In this document: in pieces, positions 51,401-59,022 of the stretch
Layout of the letters: every line of letters starts with the position of its first letter
How positions within the stretch are numbered: position 1 is the first letter of the stretch
From: Promethearchaeota archaeon
GTDB lineage: Archaea; Asgardarchaeota; Lokiarchaeia; Sigyniarchaeales; SOKP01
Reading direction: 5' to 3'
DNA: 64,000 nucleotides
Assembly: GCA_048939015.1 (NCBI GenBank)
Contig: JBHLPW010000002.1
Coordinates: forward strand, 1-64,000
The notes under the pieces: model-generated
What the model saw: the letters and a program-made list of their open reading frames with translations, nothing else
What the model was told of the DNA's origin: nothing
The model's database searches: none
Position numbers and translations under genes: made by a program

Positions 51401-52234
51401 ATCTCCACCATTTTTATCAGTTTCGAATCCATATGTGCCAGGATAATAACCATCCATAGGTTTTGTATATGTCTTATTAACTGGAGAAAGTAAATTTATT
51501 AATTTGTCACTTTCATAATAAAATGCGATGTCGTCAACGCGGAAATCACCGTTTCCTCCACCTGATACAAAAGATGTTATCCAGATATCTTGCGCATTTG
51601 CTGTAAAAATTCCGTGATTATAAAAAGGAAGACTATAATCTGCTCCATATCTCACACCATCAAGATCAAACATCCAACCTATACTTAGGTTAAAATAAAT
51701 CACAACATCATACCATTGGTTATAAGTATAAGTAGTAAGAGTATCTCCATATGTATCGTTCCTTATTTCACCATTCCACCAGACCATAGCTAAGATAGTT
51801 TCACCATTTGCAGAACGCAAGTTTGTACCAAATCCAGATGCATCATGATACACCTTTAAGTGGTATTCACCCACTATATAAGTTTCACCGAAATATGAAA
51901 AATTATCCCTTATGGAAACTCGTCCGTCGGCTGTTTTATCGAATAATAAATGCTTTTGCTGTTCATCTCCCAAATCTGCTATAATTAAATCTCCACCTGC
52001 TTCATTCATATTAGCAAATGTTGGAGCAGTAGGATCTTGACCTATGGTTTCATCCTCGAAATCGTATGTATGTGAAAGTATCTTATGTGATGCTGCACTG
52101 AGAGATGGATTATTTTCTTCCTCAAGATTAAAATTAGTTTCAGATTTATTTGGCAAGTTTCTAGGCATAAAACCCATAAAATTGATCAATAGCAAAATTA
52201 CTGTTATAATTAATATTTTTTTATTTTTTTTCAA
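45404..52234 (-). CDS. Giant cell-surface glycoprotein (2276 aa), tandem paralog of 38138-45250
   Basis: Signal peptide; one divergent plus six GYYPATYGFE modules; near-identical C-terminal stalk; PAISSY-TM-KKKIK anchor. Confidence 0.82.
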   Translation of the reverse strand: MKKNKKILIITVILLLINFMGFMPRNLPNKSETNFNLEEENNPSLSAASHKILSHTYDFEDETIGQDPTAPTFANMNEAGGDLIIADLGDEQQKHLLFDKTADGRVSIRDNFSYFGETYIVGEYHLKVYHDASGFGTNLRSANGETILAMVWWNGEIRNDTYGDTLTTYTYNQWYDVVIYFNLSIGWMFDLDGVRYGADYSLPFYNHGIFTANAQDIWITSFVSGGGNGDFRVDDIAFYYESDKLINLLSPVNKTYTKPMDGYYPGTYGFETDKNGGDPEDWYDGGDSSQIIQEFQGHKKVLEMVDPGAGQIGIGDTLESPPDFGTIEYWLAERDASLSIQNQINNLAVGNCFCIRITSDKFEYYNSTWYDVGKTALDNTWYHIRIDFETTEGKYMGLSEWRWQLYIDGESYGPYTFANNKVPDTIAFYSNTGDIAYADAIGYSWDPNYEIGDNSEEGLVISFDTEVLLHTMSYSLDNQLKRAIKGDTIITMPENGLHSMQIFGVDQYEQEYQSNITYFTVDFPIEIITPEAKVYGEPMSGYYPATYGFESDLPGADAKNWTHDVVSTTHSYLVDSYNGHERVYELFDNNGGGNPDTYNSYANQSNGTVELWVLVKISGYPLWVQPYYDAVPILTVRFNTAGYLVAVNNTDSIDLTEFGAINGNQWYHLRIDFECGSGGYMGLAANTFRVYLNGNQSNSDFIMQNPSTYANKIRITTGNSAADPNYYAYFDAVGYSWDPNYNVGENMKEGLLLYYKNSTSLNKTWYSLDNQPFKRIFGNTTLSLPEDGNHFIRVYGNDSLNNQYQSTTRYFSTHHISIVTPEDKAYTTPMSGYYPATYGFESEKDGTLPRDFINLTASGCNLKVISELDGHKKILDLDDPITYGHVSMRNNLSIPQTYGTMEYWVRSTDINRPFQFEFQDSSLSVFAGFQLMDSAWKGLNPSWTIIPALGTPLVNNWHHIRIDFECTGGNYTGLSQYTLRYTVDNTLSASLPFLTNCTHLDTILYWTSISNYNYHIYLDALSFSWDPNYNIGDNLNEGLLLSYENTTNLDWQGYSFDSQPIITILGNTTIPMPSDGSHHIQVFSNDTLGNIYNSDNRYFSVNTGNFFNIITPENKTYESVMHGYYPATFGFERDDLVQFSDSSVPVGWKIGEKGGTVNILSDIDGHNEVLELHDTSSTDMVEVYHNFADQNTGTIELYVRCGDNTTRTKVFIYDGVETKAVYLYFDDNGWIRYYTTAPQDIMTYNMDQWYHLRIEWNCTAGEWHLWIDGNKTNGAGYAFYGAPSAMDTIYFGTTGTDSNFYSYIDAIGYSWDPNYNIGDNEDEGILLDFTKTTDLKWTSYSLNGQSNRTIFGNKVIPFSNYSKQRNKIQLFGMDFREILYKSEIRYFTVSPFIIFTPENKTYTNPMSGYFPATYGFENDENNADPKDWVIQIENPEAEVISELDGHKKVLRLFDNQGGSGNPTRIYNLINNKDNGTIEVWVQQDDLGSDGDRSQITGMGNGNILFGVRMFGGSPAEWHVHHNGSDTPIIGAATPLINTWYHIRIDFEHTTGGYHGLNENEFYVYINGVGYGPYLFGADEQLDEFHLHTYSYGLGYNSYFDAVGYSWDPNYNIGDNLNEGLLLGYENSTNIDSQWYSLDGQINRTIFGNTTFVMPSNGVHKIQVFGNDSIGNNYYSSLRHFTVQYFPINIITPYNITYTNPMSGYYHATYGFENDEEKAFPNGWYQDVAFGGMCEVIDSYYNHRKVVNLTDTVYSEQTQMKINLTNRDNGTIEFYYLIENSSMRTSINLFETDSSDGIYLRVDSGYLTYRTDAYYNISPILSNIWYHISITFNSTIDKFWITVNGTTYGGSSGYDYRNPNTMMKYFSIASSIYHVDYSFYIDAVGFSWDPNYNVGDNINESLLLSYQSNYALDWQGYSLDSQPIITILGNTTIPMPSDGVHTIQVFGNDTWGYMRSSLIRYFTISTAGDIVDPNITINSPLLYDLFGSTEPYFNITVIEPNLDTMWYTLDGGLTIILITEPTGNIDQIEWGKFGNGTVTIRFYANDTAGNVGWEEVLLRKDVLPPEITITTPISNYLFESTAPSFDATILEPNLNTMWYTLDGGVTIIPMIGLIGNIDQTEWDKFGNGTVTIRFYANDTVGNSNWEEVTVRKDVLSPEITINLPGDNQIFTDRAPNFDLDIIEGNLDTIWYTLDGGLINETCTFSGQIDQSYWNALPPGEYTLRFYATDTLGHEGYAEVIIKKTESPAISSYHNIILFLIMMIGTISLIWQLKKKIK

Positions 52235-52410
52235 ATAGTTTCACCCTAATCTATCTAAATTTATAATTTAGAAGTCTGTGAATTACAAATATGAAGAATT
52301 CGTATTTAAAAGTTTTGTTAGGATTACGGTAGTATTACAAACAAAAAGAGAGATTTCAATAGCTTTAAAATAAAAAGATTTGAAAAAGAAGGGAATTAAA
52401 AAATTATGGT

Positions 52411-53991
52411 TTACCAAATTAGATTAGCAATTATATCTTTAGTTGTTTCTGCTTGTTTTTTATTCAGTATTTTTCGAATACGCAGATCATTGATAGCATC
52501 ATCTAGGCGTGTGTCTAGGTTTTTCATTTCCATTAAATTATTTTTATCTCCTTGAGTCTCTACAAGTTCGATCATTGAATTTTCTTTATTCATTAAATCT
52601 CTTAATTTCTGTCTAAAACTAGCTTTCACTTTAGTTCTTACTACTTTCCCTCCATCAATTAAAATGGGTAATACGGGAGCTCTTTCAGTCGTTCGATTTG
52701 TATTGGGGTCCGTGAAGAAAAAGATATAGATTGGGATACCTACTATGACATTTTGTGACTTTAATTCAAGAGTATAGTTATTGAAGAAAGCCTGTACATT
52801 TGTCATTTCACTATCTTTAATCGATTCAATGTTATCCAAACAAGCTTGTTTTTCTGTTTTAATTTGTGCTAATACATCCTCAGCAGATGTTAAATCTTTA
52901 CTTAAGTCACTATGTTTTGCCTCAATTTGTTTTTCGACTTCAGATTTCTTACGTTCTAACTCACGTAGTTTTTGCTGTTTAGTTTTCTCTAGATCTGAGA
53001 TTTCACGTTGTACATTTCTCCGTAATTGTGCTATCTCATTTTTATACCTTGCTATAGAGTCTCCTAATTCACGATATTTAACATCGATATCTTTTAATCC
53101 CTCTTCTACTAAAAAGAGATCTCGTTGGTTAATAGCGTTTTTCAAACCATCCACGCTTTGTTTGAGTGTACTTAGATGATTATTAAGTTCTCCGGTTTTG
53201 TCATTGATTTTGTATTTTCCAAGCTTTACGAGTTCTTCTGGAGATTTTTCTATTTCTCGTTCTTTTTCTGCTTGTATTTCTTTATTCAATATTGCAAGTT
53301 GTTTCTCTTCTTCTCCTGTATCTACTTTTGTATCTCTAATTTTATCAGCTTCTTTGCTTCCTTTTTCGATCCATCTCTCGCATAATTTTATTATAATATC
53401 GCTATAAGAATCTAACGTTTTAACATCTGTTTGTGAAACGAATTCATTAATTTCTGGTACTATTTTAATCTGATTTACACTTTTTGAAATAGATCCTCCT
53501 TCCAACATAAAATAGGGAGTAGAGTGAGCCCCTAGATTATATTGATTAAGAAAAAAGTTTTGAAAATATCCTACTTCATTTGTATTAAACAAAGCTTCTT
53601 GAATAACTATACCACGCTTGAAGTTTTTGGCTCTCTTTAGATAGGAATTATTATAAGATTGTAAAGAATTCAAAAAAGACACAGGATCTGCGCCCTTCAC
53701 AACATTTTCAGGTCGAGGGGGCATCTGAGCGAATTGTCCAACACTTAATTTTTCTTGTTTATTTAAAAGATAACTACAGACACAAGCTCTTGTATCGCTT
53801 AAGGGAATTAAGCGAACAGGCCAAAATGCTGTAGTTATTTTTGAGATTTTCCCTAGCTTTTTTAATGATTTGCCATAAATACCTACACATTCAATCAAAC
53901 CCATGGCAAGTTCGTTAAGTAGGCTTGCTTGACTTCGAGCGGGAGTTATTTCACCCATATTAATTAAAAAAGGTGTTACTTTATCAACCAT
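52411..53991 (-). CDS. Hypothetical coiled-coil protein with globular N- and C-terminal regions
   Basis: Long E/K/Q-rich heptad region at about aa 200-400, flanked by beta-rich FWPVRLIP and IPIYIFFF segments. Confidence 0.7.
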   Translation of the reverse strand: MVDKVTPFLINMGEITPARSQASLLNELAMGLIECVGIYGKSLKKLGKISKITTAFWPVRLIPLSDTRACVCSYLLNKQEKLSVGQFAQMPPRPENVVKGADPVSFLNSLQSYNNSYLKRAKNFKRGIVIQEALFNTNEVGYFQNFFLNQYNLGAHSTPYFMLEGGSISKSVNQIKIVPEINEFVSQTDVKTLDSYSDIIIKLCERWIEKGSKEADKIRDTKVDTGEEEKQLAILNKEIQAEKEREIEKSPEELVKLGKYKINDKTGELNNHLSTLKQSVDGLKNAINQRDLFLVEEGLKDIDVKYRELGDSIARYKNEIAQLRRNVQREISDLEKTKQQKLRELERKKSEVEKQIEAKHSDLSKDLTSAEDVLAQIKTEKQACLDNIESIKDSEMTNVQAFFNNYTLELKSQNVIVGIPIYIFFFTDPNTNRTTERAPVLPILIDGGKVVRTKVKASFRQKLRDLMNKENSMIELVETQGDKNNLMEMKNLDTRLDDAINDLRIRKILNKKQAETTKDIIANLIW

Positions 53992-54097
53992 ATTTGATTC
54001 ACTTGATATTTCTATATTAATTTTTAATACCGATATAATAATTAAAGTTTTTGTATTGAAAATGTCCTAATCTAAGTAAGAAAATAAGAAAAAAAAA

Positions 54098-57000
54098 TTA
54101 TCTCAATATTTCCTCATAGAGTTTCTGGATAAATTCATCAAAGTTATCTTTTGTAAATTTAACATTCAATAAAGGCATTAATAAGAATGGAATTAAGTCC
54201 TCTTGTTCATATACGGGAACTATTTTCATCAAACCTTTTTTCCTCATTTGAAAAGCTGCCTGCCACTCATCTTCCACGGCTTTAGATTTTATAGAATTTT
54301 CTGAACAAAAGAATACAAATACTTTACTTAGTCTTAAAGTTCTTTCCATATAAGTTACTATACTCTCACCGCTATCTGCTTCCCAAAAGAATACTTTATC
54401 TATTTTTGGAAATGCTTCTAGTCGTTTGGCAATTTCATCAATATTGAAATGCTCCGAATCTAGAGTGGAGTAGCTTAAAAATACATTTAAGCCTCGAGTA
54501 AAGTATGTTCTTATAGCATTTATATATAGTGGATAGTGAGCGAAATCTTCTGTAGTTACATTTCCTTCATAAAGGTCTCTTTTGAATTGTCTTATTCTTT
54601 CGAAATTTTCTACAATAACATTTTTATCGGGAAAGGTTTCTGAAAAAACCTGCTCCCAATTGTTCTTATCAGTAATTATCGAATTTAATTGAATGAAATC
54701 AAGAGACTCCATTTCATCGGTAGTTGAGGGAAGCTTCTTAGGTGTTAATAATTTAGTTTTACTTTCAATTGTAGTCCTTATATATTCAGGGATTCCTTCT
54801 TGCCACCAAAGAGATTTATAGACACCTTTAAGTTTTGCTTTAGCAAAACTACGGATATTCGTTTCAAAAATTTCAACATCATTTTTGGCAGTCTCAATTT
54901 GTTTTTTGAGCGCTGCTCGTCTTTTCATTCTGGGTCTTATAACTAGGAAAGTGGAAATGGCACCTACAACACCAACAGAAATAACAATAATTGCGATTAT
55001 CACTCCGGGATCTATCCCCGCCGGTAATTCCCCTGAAATATACAAAATAGTTTCATCTGTATTATCGACTTCATTATCATCTCGAAAGCCTCCCGATTTT
55101 GAGCTATATGTTTCATTAATTTCATTATTAGGATCCAATATAATTTCCACTAACACGTTTCCACCTTGGTATAGTTCAGCTCCCTGTATGAGATCATTAT
55201 ATACTTCATCCACATCCAAGTCTATGGGGTTATCAGTGTTGTTAAATAAAATTACATTCAAATGTTCGATCCATATTATAATTATAACATTTTTGGCATC
55301 CCATATTCCATTATTTGTGATTGTGATATTTACTACAAAGGGTTTACCTATATCTGCTTCTATCGGATCAAACTTTAAGACTGCTAGATTAGGCATAGGA
55401 TACCAATAACCTAGCAATGGTTTTGTACCTAAGCCTGTTTCAATACCGTCTAAAAAGGTGTCTCCATCCGTATCATTATTATGAGGATCTGTCCCATTAG
55501 TAAATTCATGATAATTTATGAGGAAATCAGTATCAACATCAGTGATATTATCAGCATCGTTCAATGGATTTAAAATATTAAATACTTCCCATCCGTCAGG
55601 CATTCTATCTGAATCTGTATCAGAATTAAGAGGATTTGTAGAGTTTTTCCACTCCCAAAAATCAAATAACTCATCAGAATCAGAGTCAGGGTTTGTTACA
55701 TTTGTACGATATCCGTCTAACCCTAAAAGATATTCCTCAAGATTAATAAATTTATCTCCATCGGTATCTACGTCAAATCGATAAAATAATGGAAACTTAT
55801 CTTGGTTATAAGCCGTTCCAAAAATTGTCTGAGGATTATCTCCAATTGCATTATAATCTAAATCTAAACCACTATAATCATCCCAAAAATTCCCCACTGA
55901 TCCATCATCCCATATGTTTTTCTTCCCATTATCTTGAGCTTGTAAATTATTCCCTATAAAATTGTTATAGTAGATGCTATTATTCTCACAATATTCATTC
56001 TGGATAAATAAACCAAGTTCACTATTCCTTATTGTATTTCTAAGAAATGAGCTATTAGAACAGCTACTTAATATTATCCCATATTGACTATTTCCATCTA
56101 GATTATTATCTGTAAAGTTATTTAGCGAACACAACTGAGCTAATATTCCGTTAACATTATTAGATATTTGATTATTTATAAATCGGGAATAAGTACTGTA
56201 AACAATTTGGAATCCAGCTCCAAAAAATCCACTCTCCATTAATATTTTGGTACTCTCTGTTAACGTATTTCCTTCATATGTATTATTAAAGCCGAAAACA
56301 TCTTCTATACCAATTAAATTTTGTGAAGCAGAACAATTCATAATTTTACAGTTATTACTAAAGCCAAGATTAATGCCATAAGCGGTATTCATTGATGCAT
56401 TAATATTGTAGAGTGAAATATTATCGCAATATAGGATATTAAGAGCTAAAGTACACTTAGTAAGATTCAAATTTGAAATTATTGAATCAGTACACCCAGA
56501 TAAAATTATTTGCCCGGCATTCGCAAAATTAATCGGTTTCAGATTATTTATATGATAATAATAATAAATAGGCTTCCCATTTACTAAATTTGATGTATCA
56601 ATAAAGAGGATAGGTTCAAAAAACGTTGGATGAATATTTATCCCACAATTAGTCATTAAATTTCTTGATAGGTTATTGTTATCACATGATCCTGGTGATG
56701 CTGAAAGGATGTATACTCCTCCGAGAAAGTTATCATATAAATAGTTATTAATTATGTTGTTTTCATAACTATCTTCGATTTCTATTCCCATTCCATTCTG
56801 ACTAATATTATTATTAGATATAGTTATATTGAAGCAATCGACTAAGCTTAAAGCTACTCCAAGTCCGAAACTAATTGCAGGATCGATGAACTTATTATAA
56901 TTTTTAGTAATATTATTATTTTCGATTGAAGAGTTACTGTTTTGAATTGATATAATACCCAAATATGTGTTTTGTGTGAAAGTATTATCCCTTATTGTAT

Positions 57001-57793
57001 CGTTCATGCAATAAAACAAGGATAAAGCAGTCGTAGTATAAGATATTTCTAGGTCAAAAATTTGGGTTCCACTGCAGTTAATAAGGATTAATTGTCCTGG
57101 TTGAGGAAAATTACCTGGTACCAAATTTTTCTCATTAAATTTATAATAAAGAACCTTTCCATTAATTAAATTGGTTTCATCAATTGAGTGGGAGATTAAA
57201 TCCTCAACTAATGGAAGTCCACCATTAAATGGAAAATTTAATCCACAATTTGTGAAATTATTTTCAGTTAGAGTGATATATCTGCAATCTTGGATTGTTA
57301 TACCAGCGTGACTGTTATTATCAAAAATATTTCTAAAAATCGTATTATTATTAGACGATTGAAGTCCAACTCCTTTCCCTGCTTCATGATAATAATGGTT
57401 AATATTATTATTAAATGAATTATTGAATATAAAATTAAAGTTACTTCCCAATAATGTTATTCCAGCACCACCATTTCTGCAAACGAAATTTTGTGTAATA
57501 TTATTATACTCACACACATCTAAGACTATTCCTGTATTTTCATTGTATGACAAATTATTACGATGTATTAAAGTGAAGAAACTACTTAATGAATAAATTC
57601 CTGCATCATTGTACATCATGTTATTATTTTTAATTGTTGCATTGTTTACTTCGATTAGTTCGATTCCAAAATCATTAAAGTTTGCTGTACTCTTTTCAAT
57701 AGTGATATTTGTACAATATGATAAGGAAAGCCCATTTTTGGTACAATTATTGGTAATTATATTCGAAATAATATAATTTCTACCACCAAGCAC
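54098..57793 (-). CDS. C-terminal part of a single-pass receptor: beta-helix (NosD-like) repeats, DxDxD Ca-binding repeats, CARDB-like Ig, TM, Swt1-like HEPN, TIR
   Basis: N..N..GI repeats; DTDGD/DSDSD units; PNLAV...NNG...LDPNNEINE; TM VIIAIIVISVGVVGAISTFLVI; WWQEGIP...LDFIQL..II...NWEQVF; TIR VFLSYS...AVEDEW. Confidence 0.8.
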   Translation of the reverse strand: MLGGRNYIISNIITNNCTKNGLSLSYCTNITIEKSTANFNDFGIELIEVNNATIKNNNMMYNDAGIYSLSSFFTLIHRNNLSYNENTGIVLDVCEYNNITQNFVCRNGGAGITLLGSNFNFIFNNSFNNNINHYYHEAGKGVGLQSSNNNTIFRNIFDNNSHAGITIQDCRYITLTENNFTNCGLNFPFNGGLPLVEDLISHSIDETNLINGKVLYYKFNEKNLVPGNFPQPGQLILINCSGTQIFDLEISYTTTALSLFYCMNDTIRDNTFTQNTYLGIISIQNSNSSIENNNITKNYNKFIDPAISFGLGVALSLVDCFNITISNNNISQNGMGIEIEDSYENNIINNYLYDNFLGGVYILSASPGSCDNNNLSRNLMTNCGINIHPTFFEPILFIDTSNLVNGKPIYYYYHINNLKPINFANAGQIILSGCTDSIISNLNLTKCTLALNILYCDNISLYNINASMNTAYGINLGFSNNCKIMNCSASQNLIGIEDVFGFNNTYEGNTLTESTKILMESGFFGAGFQIVYSTYSRFINNQISNNVNGILAQLCSLNNFTDNNLDGNSQYGIILSSCSNSSFLRNTIRNSELGLFIQNEYCENNSIYYNNFIGNNLQAQDNGKKNIWDDGSVGNFWDDYSGLDLDYNAIGDNPQTIFGTAYNQDKFPLFYRFDVDTDGDKFINLEEYLLGLDGYRTNVTNPDSDSDELFDFWEWKNSTNPLNSDTDSDRMPDGWEVFNILNPLNDADNITDVDTDFLINYHEFTNGTDPHNNDTDGDTFLDGIETGLGTKPLLGYWYPMPNLAVLKFDPIEADIGKPFVVNITITNNGIWDAKNVIIIIWIEHLNVILFNNTDNPIDLDVDEVYNDLIQGAELYQGGNVLVEIILDPNNEINETYSSKSGGFRDDNEVDNTDETILYISGELPAGIDPGVIIAIIVISVGVVGAISTFLVIRPRMKRRAALKKQIETAKNDVEIFETNIRSFAKAKLKGVYKSLWWQEGIPEYIRTTIESKTKLLTPKKLPSTTDEMESLDFIQLNSIITDKNNWEQVFSETFPDKNVIVENFERIRQFKRDLYEGNVTTEDFAHYPLYINAIRTYFTRGLNVFLSYSTLDSEHFNIDEIAKRLEAFPKIDKVFFWEADSGESIVTYMERTLRLSKVFVFFCSENSIKSKAVEDEWQAAFQMRKKGLMKIVPVYEQEDLIPFLLMPLLNVKFTKDNFDEFIQKLYEEILR

Positions 57794-57850
57794 GGAGAGA
57801 CCAGTTGAAGTATGGGACAGATTAAAGTTGGTAATTACTGAATTATTACA

Positions 57851-58825
57851 CTAAATTAAAATAATCTGACCTGGAGATCCATAACTTACAAAATCAGGTG
57901 TAGCTAAACTCGTTTTATTAAAGTAAAAATAAACCGCTCTGTTGTTAACTTGATTACTTTCATCAATTTTGTTTGAGGACATTTCTGTGATTGAGCCATC
58001 AAGACCAATACCACATCTTTTCATTTCATTACCATTGATTGTATTATTAATTGTATATCTAATCAGTACTCCATATTGATCATTACGATAAGCTAGATTA
58101 TTGGAGATCGTATTATTTTGACCTCCTTCTACAGAAATCCCACTTCCTCCATTATCATGAACATTATTTAGTAAAATTTTATTAAAATCACAATTAGATA
58201 CAATCCTTATTCCATCATTATTGTTATCACTAGCTTCATTTCCTATAATTGTATTATTTATACATAAACTTTCGAGAAATACTCCCGTAAAAATATTATC
58301 ATTTACAGTATTTGCCGATAAAGTGTTATTTTCACTGTTGCTTAAATAGATCCCATAAGCATCATTCATCGAACAATCATTATTGATTATTGTACCATTA
58401 CATGTAGAAACTAATTTTATTCCTGCTTCTTTAGAATATCTGTCTCCATCTCCAGAATTAAATAATGTACAGTTTTCAATGATAAAAGGCACAATCGAAT
58501 TATTAATCAGAATACAACTCTCTGTTTCCTGTCCATCAATTACAACATTTTTAATAACAAATGGATCACTCCAAGTTCCTGATCCATTACACCATTCATT
58601 AGTTGCAGCGGTAATCGACCAATTTAAAGAGGGATTACTCTCATCAATGTGTATTTTATTTGAAAGAACCCAGTATCGAGCGAGTTTTAATTTGGAATCA
58701 TACTTTTCGGTTATAATTTTATTTGTACTAAATGATTTCATCCAGAGATCGCTACATAAAAAGGATGAGATTAAAAGGGTACTTAATAATAAGGATGAAA
58801 TTAAATCTCTACATTTTATTTTCAC
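57851..58825 (-). CDS. N-terminal part of the same receptor (signal peptide + beta-helix), ending at an in-frame TAG
   Basis: Signal peptide, WCNGSGTWSDPFVI cap and beta-helix repeats; same reading frame as 54098-57793 with only one stop between them. Confidence 0.8.
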   Translation of the reverse strand: MKIKCRDLISSLLLSTLLISSFLCSDLWMKSFSTNKIITEKYDSKLKLARYWVLSNKIHIDESNPSLNWSITAATNEWCNGSGTWSDPFVIKNVVIDGQETESCILINNSIVPFIIENCTLFNSGDGDRYSKEAGIKLVSTCNGTIINNDCSMNDAYGIYLSNSENNTLSANTVNDNIFTGVFLESLCINNTIIGNEASDNNNDGIRIVSNCDFNKILLNNVHDNGGSGISVEGGQNNTISNNLAYRNDQYGVLIRYTINNTINGNEMKRCGIGLDGSITEMSSNKIDESNQVNNRAVYFYFNKTSLATPDFVSYGSPGQIILI

Positions 58826-59022
58826 AGAAAATCAAACTCCTTAAAATTATTTGGATTAAATAATAATTTACTTTTATGTATAATAATATTTTTACTCAAT
58901 GTTTTAAACTTTATTCTGAGATCGGAGATTTAGAAAGTCTACAAATTAATGTTCTACTCTTATCAGAATGTAATGGGAGTTATAAAAGAAAACAGAAGAT
59001 GATTTTATTTCATGTAATAAAT

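Noticed and set aside
38138-52234. Repeats considered as a CRISPR array or diversity-generating retroelement target
   Set aside because: The repeats are long, in-frame and protein-coding. There is no short repeat-spacer periodicity, no reverse transcriptase, and no adenine-specific mismatch pattern between the identical copies.
57851-57853. Genome-wide TAG-to-pyrrolysine recoding
   Set aside because: Several conserved genes in the window end at TAG at their expected C-termini, and no pyl genes are visible.
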